DNA from: a virus
Lineage: Duplodnaviria; Caudoviricetes
IMG/VR virus record: IMGVR_UViG_3300038492_000369
Coordinates: 1-25,998 of that record
DNA length: 25,998 nucleotides
Direction: 5' to 3' (one strand)
Both the position numbers and the translations under genes were made by a program. Under the pieces are notes generated by a model. That model saw only the letters and a program-made list of their open reading frames with translations, was not told the DNA's origin and did not search any database. Below, piece after piece: positions 1-9,500 of this stretch. How positions within the stretch are numbered: position 1 is the first letter of the stretch; every line of letters begins with the position of its first letter.

Positions 1-17
1 GTTTCCCAGTCACGATC
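1..17 (+). other. Random-amplification (SISPA / Round A-B) primer tag, library artefact
   Basis: Exact GTTTCCCAGTCACGATC, the constant part of the GTTTCCCAGTCACGATC-N9 primer, at the very start of the contig. Confidence 0.93.
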
Positions 18-36
18 AAGAAAGGGAAGCACTAGA

Positions 37-312
37 ATGCAGTACGAATATGCACAAGGATTACCCTTAACCTATCCATTCACTGCTAATTATACAGACA
101 ATACAAGGATAAACACTGATTTCATCGAAGATCTTGATAGACAGCATTTCGAAGAAACAAAGCCAGAAATATTTATCTTCGGTACAGAGCTTAGTTGTGA
201 AGAATATTCTCGACCTTTATCTATGAAATCAAAATTTCTTTTTGATGAGATGAAAGTAACATTAGATATAAACAACTGCCAAAGATGGATAGATTTACAT
301 ACAAGGATATAA
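37..312 (+). CDS. hypothetical phage protein (91 aa)
   Basis: ORF co-directional with the early cluster and 4 nt from the next gene; no motif recognised. Confidence 0.55.
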   Translation: MQYEYAQGLPLTYPFTANYTDNTRINTDFIEDLDRQHFEETKPEIFIFGTELSCEEYSRPLSMKSKFLFDEMKVTLDINNCQRWIDLHTRI

Positions 313-316
313 GTAG

Positions 317-559
317 ATGGCACAAGACAGACACACAATTGGATTAGAACTGAAGTGGCTTGAGGCTCAAGAGTGTAGGCCTATGATTTCTTGTTTAGGA
401 CCAAAAGCATGGAGAGCACATGTCAATTGTTACGGTAAGTTCTGGGCTGATGCTGAAACACCTTACAAGGCGATAAAGAAAGCTAGTTTGAAATGGCAAC
501 AAGCTGGCTGCCCAAACGAAAACAAAACAAGCAAAAAGGAGAAAGAGCATGTCATTTAA
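317..559 (+). CDS. hypothetical phage protein (80 aa)
   Basis: Tightly packed ORF that overlaps the next gene's start; no motif recognised. Confidence 0.65.
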   Translation: MAQDRHTIGLELKWLEAQECRPMISCLGPKAWRAHVNCYGKFWADAETPYKAIKKASLKWQQAGCPNENKTSKKEKEHVI

Positions 560-1118
560 AGTTCCAGTACAAAAGGACAACCCTGTACCACAAGGTGTTC
601 ATGTTGGAATTTGTTATAGTGTGATAGATCTTGGAACTCATTGGGTAGAGTCCAAACAATACACCTCTGGTGAAAAACATTTTGCACTAATTACCTGGGA
701 ACTACCTAATTGCCGCATAAATATTGACGGTAAAGACCTCCCTAGAGCTATTTCTAGAAAATACAACTTAACATGGGGAAAGAAGGGTGATCTAAGAAAA
801 GATTTAGAATCTTGGAGAGGGGCAACTTTTACTGTTAAAGATTTATCTGAATTTGAATTCGAAAATATTCTAGGCTTATCGTGCCAACTACAAGTTATTC
901 ATGCTCACTCAGAAGATGGAGAAAGAACTTTTGCAAATATATCAGGTATAATGGGGATACCGGAAGGAATGGAAGTCCCAGATAAACCAGAGAATCCAAT
1001 GGTATGCTGGGAGATAAAAGATGCTGACCCTGAGAACCCAGAACTTCCTCCAGTTCCTGAATGGGTTCAGAAAATCATTACTGAATCCAAGGAATGGAAA
1101 GAACTAACTTGCCAATAA
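549..1118 (+). CDS. NGO0469-family / DUF669-like phage replication protein (probable OB-fold ssDNA-binding protein)
   Basis: Motifs PQGVHVGICYSVIDLGT, ITWEL, KKGDLRKDLESWRG, ILGLSCQLQVIH and FANISGI resemble this phage family as I recall it; SD AAGGAG upstream. Confidence 0.7.
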   Translation: MSFKVPVQKDNPVPQGVHVGICYSVIDLGTHWVESKQYTSGEKHFALITWELPNCRINIDGKDLPRAISRKYNLTWGKKGDLRKDLESWRGATFTVKDLSEFEFENILGLSCQLQVIHAHSEDGERTFANISGIMGIPEGMEVPDKPENPMVCWEIKDADPENPELPPVPEWVQKIITESKEWKELTCQ

Positions 1119-1124
1119 ACCCAA

Positions 1125-1394
1125 ATGAAAACTGTATACCATATCTGGTCTAAATCAGATTGGGATGTAGTAGAAGAACACGATGATTACTATTTGTGTA
1201 CAGCAGGCATTCTAACAGACAGACCTGTTCTTCTATCTAAATCTCAATGCGTTGATGACAAGGATTCTCACAAGGAAGCCATTCAAAAACTCAGTGAAGA
1301 ACTAAACTCAAGAACTAGCTGGTTCACTAAAGAAGAATGGGACACATTCTTCCCTATAATTGATTCAGCTAAAAAAAGGAAGTCTGCCAAATGA
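1125..1394 (+). CDS. hypothetical phage protein (89 aa)
   Basis: Operonic packing; ATGA overlap with the next gene. Confidence 0.7.
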   Translation: MKTVYHIWSKSDWDVVEEHDDYYLCTAGILTDRPVLLSKSQCVDDKDSHKEAIQKLSEELNSRTSWFTKEEWDTFFPIIDSAKKRKSAK

Positions 1395-1921
1395 ACGGAA
1401 CATGCTGTTGCTTCTCTGACTGCCATGTACTTGTAACCCCACCTCTTACTCAGACAGAACCTATCGCAAAATGCATCATATCTTTTAGCTTCTTTGATTA
1501 TGAACACCAATTAGCTGACGGATCTTCCAAGGCTATACACTGCTGTTCTTCTATACGTCTTGAAGGAACTCAAGCTGAATGGGCTTCTGACAACCTCAAG
1601 AAAGGCGATAGAATAAACATTATAGGAGCTAAGTATCATGTTGAAGAAATTGGTGATCAGAAACGGAAGCACTATTTCTCAGGAGCAACTGTTTCACGTA
1701 TTAAAACGGCAGAGCAATGTGAGCAGGAACGTGCAAAGATTCGAGAGGAAGAGGTTGTTGAACATGAAGAGGTTGAGATCCCTAATGGAAACAAGGACAA
1801 GCTAGAGCGTAATGAAGAAAAGATTAATCTTCCTGCTGACAGGAATCTAGGGAAGCCAGTCTCAACTTTCATAGAACAAGCTATTCCTATACCTAAACCC
1901 AGAAAGAAACCACAATTCTAA
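1391..1921 (+). CDS. divergent single-stranded DNA-binding protein (SSB-like OB fold)
   Basis: AEWASDNLKKGDRINIIG resembles the SSB signature AE...YLKKG..V.VEG; low-complexity charged tail ending in PQF (bacterial SSB ends in PF). Confidence 0.55.
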   Translation: MNGTCCCFSDCHVLVTPPLTQTEPIAKCIISFSFFDYEHQLADGSSKAIHCCSSIRLEGTQAEWASDNLKKGDRINIIGAKYHVEEIGDQKRKHYFSGATVSRIKTAEQCEQERAKIREEEVVEHEEVEIPNGNKDKLERNEEKINLPADRNLGKPVSTFIEQAIPIPKPRKKPQF

Positions 1922-1930
1922 GAGGTTTTC

Positions 1931-2035
1931 ATGAATAGTGATCTATCAACTGCTACAGAATTATTAATATGTGGTACTGCCATATTGTTCTTTCTGTTGT
2001 CTGCCTTAGCATACTCTTTTTACAAGGAGCCTTAA
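1931..2035 (+). CDS. unannotated 34-aa single-pass membrane microprotein
   Basis: GAGG 5 nt before ATG 1931; translates MNSDLSTATELLICGTAILFFLLSALAYSFYKEP*; TAATG overlap with the resolvase start at 2035. Confidence 0.65.
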   Translation: MNSDLSTATELLICGTAILFFLLSALAYSFYKEP

Positions 2036-2550
2036 TGAATAAAAGAGGATACATAGGTATCGACAATGGGGTTACTGGCTCACTGGCTAAAATACTTCCT
2101 CAAGGGGGACCTTCTGTTGTAATGCCTACCCCCGTATTAAGACAACAAGACTACACTAAGAAGAAGAAAATCATTGGGCGACTAGATGTAGAAGAATTCA
2201 ATTGCTTTCTTCCATATCAGTCAAGCTCTTCAGTCTCTTATCTTGCTGTTCTGGAGAGACCTATGATCAACTCAACTAGATTCAACGCCAGTATGAGTGC
2301 AATCAGATGTTGGGAAGCTATTCTCGTATGCTTAGAGATAGCGAAGATCTCTCATATATTTGTAGACTCTAAGAAATGGCAGAAAGAAATGCTTCCGCAG
2401 GGACTTGGGAAAGCAAAGGGACCAGAACTCAAGAAGGCTAGCTACGATGTTTCTATGAGACTCTTTCCTCAGCATTCTGAATTCTTGAAGAAACAAAAAG
2501 ATGGTGATGCACTACTAATAGCTGAGTGGGCTAGGAGGAATAATCTATGA
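2035..2550 (+). CDS. RuvC-like Holliday junction resolvase
   Basis: YIGIDNGVTG (catalytic D), VLERP, KKWQK and DGDALLIAEW motifs. Start moved from 1969 to ATG 2035 (AAGGAG SD, TAATG coupling). Confidence 0.85.
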   Translation: MNKRGYIGIDNGVTGSLAKILPQGGPSVVMPTPVLRQQDYTKKKKIIGRLDVEEFNCFLPYQSSSSVSYLAVLERPMINSTRFNASMSAIRCWEAILVCLEIAKISHIFVDSKKWQKEMLPQGLGKAKGPELKKASYDVSMRLFPQHSEFLKKQKDGDALLIAEWARRNNL

Positions 2551-2816
2551 ATAAATATAAATATCCTGAAACAAAACAAGACCGAGAAGATTTCTCTGAA
2601 CTTCCAAGCAGAATTACTCATATTCTTGCCTGTGAAGGATTAGATACTAAAGACAAAGTAAAGGAAGCAATATTAACAGGCAGATTTACTTACAATGGGA
2701 ACCGCATAAGAAATTATGGGAAGAAGAGTCATAAGATACTCTTCTCTTGGGCCTTTGGAGAAGAATATGTAGATCTAAAACCTAGATGCAAAGCATGTGG
2801 ACAATTACTAAAATGA
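2547..2816 (+). CDS. stand-alone RNA polymerase alpha-CTD-like protein with C-terminal CxxC
   Basis: ELPSRITHILACEG...RIRNYGKKSHKIL aligns with the RpoA CTD pattern EL(S/T)VRSANCLKAE...KTPNLGKKSLTEI; ends RCKACGQLLK. Confidence 0.65.
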   Translation: MNKYKYPETKQDREDFSELPSRITHILACEGLDTKDKVKEAILTGRFTYNGNRIRNYGKKSHKILFSWAFGEEYVDLKPRCKACGQLLK

Positions 2817-3037
2817 AATGCCCTCACTGCCAGAAAGAGATTGGACATAAGACAATATTAAATGAAGCTAGTGAGTTCCTATACAAAGCTTACGAAGAAA
2901 GAATGGAAGAGTATTTCAAAGCTACAAAGCATGCTCGTGAAACAATCAATCAAATGACTGAAAATCCACATCCACCCGACTGTCCTCCCCAGAAGCAGTC
3001 ACCTCAAGAGGACCAGCAGGAGCCCCACTCACACTAA
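2813..3037 (+). CDS. hypothetical protein with N-terminal CxxC (MKCPHCQKEI)
   Basis: ATGA overlap at 2813-2816 favours this start over 2786; the C-terminus overlaps the convergent gene. Confidence 0.6.
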   Translation: MKCPHCQKEIGHKTILNEASEFLYKAYEERMEEYFKATKHARETINQMTENPHPPDCPPQKQSPQEDQQEPHSH

Positions 3038-3599
3038 TCCTACCTCCTTCAGTAGCCTCCAGCTTGGACAACTCTGAGGTCGGTCTGTTGTTATTATCAG
3101 AGCTGCCCGAATCGCTGGAGAACAAATCGCCTATCTCGTCAATGTGGTCGTCCAAATCCCCTGTAGCTGCTGCTGTTACTACATATGCCCCTAGAGCCGT
3201 CCCTAATGCATGCACAGGGCTTTGAGTAGAGTATCTGGCTGTTTCCTCTACAGGCTCGTACAAAGTCCTTACAATGGCTTGTATGGCCTGAATTAGAGCA
3301 TTAGGAACCTTGAGTAAAGCATTGGAAGTTTTGAAGGTTTGAGGCACATCCTCCCAAGCCAATTTAACATCTTCATTGTTAAAGGCTTTAGGAATGTCAA
3401 GCAAAACTACTGGCATTCCATCTCGTTCTTGTACTGATACGGTGGTTCCAAAACTATCTTGCCTTCCTGCTGCTATAAGCATTTCATCTAATTCCTGGGA
3501 AGTCTGACCATTACATTTTGTAGCCATCCCAAATAAGGATGATAGGAATAATATGGTCATCCAATTTAATACCCAATCAGTTTGATTTATTGAGGTCAT
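2946..3599 (-). CDS. putative exported or membrane protein (217 aa), last gene of the late operon
   Basis: GAGGAG SD; hydrophobic N-terminus (WMTILFLSSLFGMATKCNG|Q); second hydrophobic segment ALGTALGAYVVTAAA. Confidence 0.7.
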   Translation of the reverse strand: MTSINQTDWVLNWMTILFLSSLFGMATKCNGQTSQELDEMLIAAGRQDSFGTTVSVQERDGMPVVLLDIPKAFNNEDVKLAWEDVPQTFKTSNALLKVPNALIQAIQAIVRTLYEPVEETARYSTQSPVHALGTALGAYVVTAAATGDLDDHIDEIGDLFSSDSGSSDNNNRPTSELSKLEATEGGRISVSGAPAGPLEVTASGEDSRVDVDFQSFD

Positions 3600-3789
3600 G
3601 TACTGTCTCCTCTATTAACAAGATCTTGTTTATCTTGTATGTATTGTTTTTGACAGATAAGTGAACCAGCCCCAATAAAACAAATTGCAATATTGCAAAG
3701 ATGAAAAATGCTGCAATATATCCATTATAACGTTCAAGAGGGCTAGGCTTTATCATTCGACTTATTTCCTCCCTCAAAACTACATTCAT
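3577..3789 (-). CDS. single-pass membrane protein (70 aa)
   Basis: TM segment YIAAFFIFAILQFVLLGLVHL; ATGA coupling to the upstream gene. Confidence 0.7.
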   Translation of the reverse strand: MNVVLREEISRMIKPSPLERYNGYIAAFFIFAILQFVLLGLVHLSVKNNTYKINKILLIEETVHDLNKSN

Positions 3790-4205
3790 TTATGCTCTCT
3801 TTCTAATAGCTTAGTAGACAGCTCTAAAATCATGCCGTCTTTCTCAGCAATGATTTTATCCTTCTCCTTTATGATCTCATCTTTCTCGTGATTACTATCT
3901 ACAATAATCTTGAGAAGATCATCATTTCTCTTTCTGTGATTTGCAATACTTGTTTGGGTTACTTTAGCCCACCAAGCAATACTCCCCACAGAAATAACTA
4001 GCGTGAAAACAAAAAGTTGAGCAAAAGGACCAAAACTGGCAAACCTATTGGCTGCTTCTACAGCTTCAACTCCAGACATTCCAATTAGATCTATTTTTGT
4101 TAGAGCTACAGCAGCTGTGCCTAAAGTAGACACAATGCCGATCATGGCTATAACACACGGATATAGTAAATTGTTCAGTTGTTCTTCTAGAAATTTATAG
4201 ACCAT
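3786..4205 (-). CDS. two-TM membrane protein with C-terminal coiled coil, possible holin-like
   Basis: Two hydrophobic segments, then EKDEIIKEKDKIIAEKDGMI heptads; lysis-cassette position. Confidence 0.55.
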   Translation of the reverse strand: MVYKFLEEQLNNLLYPCVIAMIGIVSTLGTAAVALTKIDLIGMSGVEAVEAANRFASFGPFAQLFVFTLVISVGSIAWWAKVTQTSIANHRKRNDDLLKIIVDSNHEKDEIIKEKDKIIAEKDGMILELSTKLLEREHK

Positions 4206-4666
4206 GGACTTTTCTTAGAGCGCTGTTCTTTAGCAAGATGAACACGGTACAAATCCATTGCCCAAGAAGGACAATGGTGCTCTCCAAGAGAAGGATGGAC
4301 TGCTACATAATCACCATCTTCGTCGACATACACTTCTCCTTTTTGAGAAGCGTTGACAGTGATAACCTGCTTATCGATAAGATTTCCTGATTGCGCAGCC
4401 TCCCACATACCTATACCCGTCCCAAGAAGAATGTATACGATCAACATCCCTATACCAGTAGATGGAGATCTATTAGATACAGCAGAAACAATTCCAAACA
4501 ATAGCGCAGCAATTAGCATGATCCAGCCATTAGGAAGACCTAAAAGCTGATGAAATGAAGCTCCTATTCCAGCAATGATAGCTCCAGCAGCATTCCCTGC
4601 TATCATGCTCTCAGGTTTGAAATAGTTAGCGCTTTTCTCTATCATTTGTTTATGGTTTTCATTCAT
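4187..4666 (-). CDS. three-TM membrane protein, possible holin-like
   Basis: Three Gly/Ala-rich hydrophobic segments; start moved to ATG 4666 (AGGAG SD, TAATG coupling). Confidence 0.55.
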   Translation of the reverse strand: MNENHKQMIEKSANYFKPESMIAGNAAGAIIAGIGASFHQLLGLPNGWIMLIAALLFGIVSAVSNRSPSTGIGMLIVYILLGTGIGMWEAAQSGNLIDKQVITVNASQKGEVYVDEDGDYVAVHPSLGEHHCPSWAMDLYRVHLAKEQRSKKSPWSINF

Positions 4667-6576
4667 TACTGTACTCCTATCCATAATCGGTTAGCTGGAA
4701 CATCAGGAACAGTAGGCCACACATTCGTAGCTGCTGTTAATTCATGGGCTCCTATGTCCCATGGAACTGACCTTATTTTGCCAGTATTATCATCGCTGAA
4801 CCCAGCAATAGTTACACCGGCAGATTCAGAAGATGCTCCTGATTTTAAAGTAAAATCACCCCCAACAGCATCCGTAACTTCACTAGCAGTAGTGACAGAA
4901 ATAGTATTAGTACCTTCAGAACCATATCCAAAGGAGCTTCCGTCGTATGCGTTGTAATCACTATCATGAGCAGAGCCCCCAAAGACCACTTGCGCCCCGC
5001 TGCTATTGTTCTGCAACAAGAGGTTATTAGTTACAGAACTTACACCTCCGTCCAATGCATCTATGTCTATTCCCTCAAAAGTCGTGTTGTAGATCGTATT
5101 GTTGTAAACAAATACATTGTGAAGCTCTCCAACATTCCCGAACATGACGCCCTGTTTGCATGTATCGACAATACAATTCCTTACAGTGATACCGTTGTAA
5201 CCTTTGTAAGGTGCTTCGGGATGAGTTGAGCTAAGAACATATATGGCTCTTCCTGTACCAGCTCCTGCCATATCATGGAAATAGCATCGCTCTACAAGAT
5301 GCTCTTGGTTCAATCCGCTTACAAAAGATTGACCAAAAATTACAGCACCTGCACCGCTAGCATTCAGGCAATTATCGAACTCACAATCCGCAACATGAAG
5401 CTTAGTAACTCCATTCTTGCAATCAATGCAATCACCCTGACCACCACTAGCTCCACAATTATTGAAATACCCATGATGAATAAAAATATCATGGTTAAGG
5501 TTACCAAACTCATCCTCGTCGACATCTAGAATCGTATCTCCAGGATTAGCTCCACCTATATACATGCACTCCCCATGAACAGTTTCTATTCGGAAATGAC
5601 CTATCTCCATGTTTGTAGCACCTACTGCTACAAGTCTAGGATCTGACTCATAAAGAGTACTTGTTGACCAAGAAGGAGTATTAGTATCTAGGGCTGTAAC
5701 TTCCCAAAAGACCTGCCAATCAGCTCCTGTACCAGGCTCTGTAGATGCTCCTGATGTATGCTCTAATATACACTCATAGTTTGTAGTACTATGAAATACG
5801 ATATCTTTATTGTCGTCAGGATGGGAGTTGTATAGGACATTCAGTCCAGGTCCAATACTAGTAACATCATGAATATGCAAATACTCAAAAGTGACATTGT
5901 CACCTAAGAATGTTGTTCTAGCACCTACTCCAGTACATTCAAAACCTCGAACTGTAATGTTGTCCTGCTTTACATAAGTATAGTATTCAGTTGATGTAGC
6001 CCATGCTGTAGCGCTAGCAACACCCCTTATAGACCAGAAGTTAGTCCAACTAGCTCCTACCCCTGGTTCACTGCTAGAAGACGATGTATGGCTATCTATA
6101 CACCAATAATCTCTACCTCCACTACTGACCCTTGATTGAGTAGTACCACCACCAGTTCTTGTCCAACCTAAAGCCTGACTACTAGCCCCTGTAAGCTCAA
6201 CTACTTGGTTATTGGTATAAGCAGAAGCTATAGCAACAGAATTATCTGACCACGAAGGAGAAGAATCATTAGTATTATACTTAGCATGACCATCAATAGT
6301 GAGAAGATTACTACCATGATCAGTTCTGAGAATCTCCAAGAAGATAGCCTGGGATTCTTGGGTAGTCCCATTTTCTTCATAGGCAGAATAGTAAACGGTT
6401 ACTGGATTAGAAGCTAGCTCTGTATTGATTGTGGACCATGCAGAAGAATCAAGTGTACTCCATGGCTGTGCAGCTGTACCAGATTTAGTCCCAGTATAAT
6501 CAGGATCTACATAATAGTCCGTGGCCCCGCATAATGAGGCCATGGCAATCCATATCAGGAATGAGAATTTTCTCAT
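4666..6576 (-). CDS. signal-peptide-bearing right-handed parallel beta-helix protein (depolymerase/tailspike-like) with two CBM5/12-like inserts
   Basis: MRKFSFLIWIAMASLCGA|TDYYVDPD; beta-helix rungs (NITVRGFE, ITVRNCIV, VYNNTIYN, VTNNLL); C-terminal DFTLKSGAS...WDIGAHE cap; two YxCxxxHTS...P...W repeats. Confidence 0.75.
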   Translation of the reverse strand: MRKFSFLIWIAMASLCGATDYYVDPDYTGTKSGTAAQPWSTLDSSAWSTINTELASNPVTVYYSAYEENGTTQESQAIFLEILRTDHGSNLLTIDGHAKYNTNDSSPSWSDNSVAIASAYTNNQVVELTGASSQALGWTRTGGGTTQSRVSSGGRDYWCIDSHTSSSSSEPGVGASWTNFWSIRGVASATAWATSTEYYTYVKQDNITVRGFECTGVGARTTFLGDNVTFEYLHIHDVTSIGPGLNVLYNSHPDDNKDIVFHSTTNYECILEHTSGASTEPGTGADWQVFWEVTALDTNTPSWSTSTLYESDPRLVAVGATNMEIGHFRIETVHGECMYIGGANPGDTILDVDEDEFGNLNHDIFIHHGYFNNCGASGGQGDCIDCKNGVTKLHVADCEFDNCLNASGAGAVIFGQSFVSGLNQEHLVERCYFHDMAGAGTGRAIYVLSSTHPEAPYKGYNGITVRNCIVDTCKQGVMFGNVGELHNVFVYNNTIYNTTFEGIDIDALDGGVSSVTNNLLLQNNSSGAQVVFGGSAHDSDYNAYDGSSFGYGSEGTNTISVTTASEVTDAVGGDFTLKSGASSESAGVTIAGFSDDNTGKIRSVPWDIGAHELTAATNVWPTVPDVPANRLWIGVQ

Positions 6577-9500
6577 TAATTAGTCTTAATAATGATTTGT
6601 CCACCGACTTGAGTAGAAGTCGGATCTGTTACCCAAGTAGGAGTGACGACCTTCAAAGATACAAAATCACCAGCACTTACATTGGTAGCCATTCCGCTTT
6701 GTGCATGCCAACCATTGACTGCGTCCCATGTACCAAGAGTACTTCCAACATCAGTAGTACCATTCAGCCTTACTTGATGGGTAACATTCTCCGTGCTAGC
6801 AAGAGTTCCTGCAACACGAACTTTTACAACAAATCCGTAGATCTCTCCTGCAACAGGGATGTAGACCTTTTCCCTATCGAAATCAGTTTTATTACCCCCA
6901 TCGCTATTCCCGACGTGATAAGTAGTACCATCTGCAACCGTGAAGATAGCACTTGGAATAGTGATAGTATAAAACTTGTCCTCAAGATTGACCACAGAAC
7001 CATTTTCATCTTTGACTTTAAGTTCGCCATCTGCTGAGTCATTATAAATAACTACTCTATTAGCATCAGGCGTGCCAGGTGCTGCCATCTCGTCCAAAGT
7101 AATTGCTCCATTAACCGATAATGTAGAATCAACATTCTCAGTATTGAAGCCATGACCACCAGCAAAGTCTGTATAGAAAGTATCATTTGCTTGAGTATCA
7201 TGTACCCCGCCATTGTCATCAGTAATGTAAAAACAACCATTATGATCAATATCAATGCTCTCACCAAAGCCCATTGAGCCTGTAACATTTGCAGAGAGAA
7301 CATCAACATCGTTGCCCCACAAGAGGACATAGCTAATTCCAGCTACTGCTGAGACAGAACAACCATTACCTCCAAGGATTGTATTGTGACCTCCTGTCAG
7401 TGGATCAATCACATTAGATTGACCACCAAGAATTGAAGAGTGAGCTGTAGTGTTATCACCAATAAAGTTACTTTGACCTCCACCTATAACATTATGTGGA
7501 CCTTCAATTGTATTGCCTTGACCTCCAGCAATTACTGATCTTCCACCAGTTACTGAGATAAGGTTGTTTTCACCACCTCCAATTACATCTCTCAACCCTG
7601 AAGCACTCTTGGTGTTTCCACTGCCTCCAGCTATAACAGATCCAGATCCACCAGAAATCTGGTTATTAGAACCACCACTAATGGTCTCTCCGGTTCCACC
7701 TCCAGTAATGCTATTACCATTACCTCCAGCAATTACAGCCTCATCATTAGATGCTCCGCTTACTGTATTACCATCACCTCCACCAATGACAATGTTATCA
7801 GCTGCAGTATCAATTCCATTGTTGATACCAGAACCAATGATTGATCCAAGATTCCCTGCAACACTTATTTCATTACCATTACCACCAGCAACAACTCCAT
7901 TAGTAACAGCTATTGCAATCCTATTATTCTCACCTCCAAGAATTGAAGACTTGTCACCATGATTGATTTGAGCTGTAGAAGAAGAACCCCCAACAGTTCG
8001 TACTGTTTGAAGATCAATGCTATTAGTTCCTAGAGCAGCAGTATAAGCTACTAAACCAACATCAGTGGGAGTAACAGTAAGGTTAGAATCTTGTACGGTG
8101 CCTCCACCACCTCCGCCTCCTGAGATATTGCCAATATCAAACTTCCTCATCGCTCCAGAAGTAGCTTCGTAACCCATTATGAAATCCCCAGTAGTAGGCG
8201 ATGCTTCCTCTGTCAGATTTGTAATGGTTGCTACACCTATACTTTGGAGCTCATTGTCGTGAAAGATTACTTCTCCAGTGTCTTCAAAAGTTACATTAGG
8301 AGTCTCAGCACTAGGATTGCCATCAGTATTATAGTGAAGCTCAAGCGCTCCACCGCTTCCTGTAGTCCTTCGAGCAAATGACCACAAATTAGAAACTGTT
8401 GCATCTCCAGTTCCTACTACTTCTGTCAGATCAAGACGAGATCCATATGATCCTGCTGGGCTACTAATAATTGACATCAGGAAGTCAGAACCTTCCATAA
8501 CCAAATAACCAGAAGAATCTGATGTGTAGAAGGAATCTACTACATACTCATCTGTAATATTTGGAGCAGTAAGTCTTAACTTACCATTTGGCATTCTAAC
8601 AAACTGATTAGTAGGAATGACTATTGCAGCATCACTCCAAGCATCACCCCAGTTGGTAACACTGCGGTATTTACCTACATGTAAAGCACCATCATCAGCA
8701 CCTACTGTAGAACTCCTTCCAATTGTCCAAGAGTTATTAAATGCTCCTGCAGCTGTAGTTTCACCAAGCACGAACACAGTCCCATGAGCACCTTCATTTT
8801 CAGAGAATGCTACTATCTGTGAATCTTCTCCATTTAAATAGACATTAGCATGGACTGCATTTGCTGGCTGAGGAGCCAACATCGATGCTGTTAGATGGAA
8901 AGGATGATCAGGTCCCTGTACATTCAGCCTTGCTTCAGTGAATGTGTTAGAAGGACTACCAATATGAACATAGTGAGTAGCAAGATTAGTATTAAAACTA
9001 GTAGTCTGAGCGCTAATATTACTCACTGACAGTGTAGAATTAGTGGCAGTCATTGTGCCTTCTAATGTCAAATTCGTGATAGTAGCATTAGCTACAGTAG
9101 TAATATCATTTCCTGCAAATACTACAGTTGCTGTCACAGATCTTGCATCTACTGGAGTACCACCTCCTCCTCCAGAAGGAGTAGCCCAAGAAAGCGTTCC
9201 GCTACCATTCTCCTCTAATACTTGACCAGAGGTGCCATTAGTTGCAGGAAACGTATAAGCTACTCCATTAATTGAAAGAGAACCACTAGCCATAGCTACA
9301 GCGCCTGCATCACTGACTGTAAAGTTTTCTGTTCCAGCATCATTCCTAATAATTAATACATCATCAGTCTGAGTCGAATGCCCTTCAATTACTAATTGAG
9401 GTTCATCAGTATCCCCACCAATGCCAAGTTTAGGAGCAAGACCTGCAATCCCATTTCCTATCCCTACTCTTCTAGTTGTAATATCTAAAACAACAGGATT

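Noticed and set aside
1969-2034. Hydrophobic N-terminal extension on the RuvC-like protein, resembling a signal peptide
   Set aside because: Better explained by the overlapping 34-aa ORF in another frame; ATG 2035 has an SD and TAATG coupling
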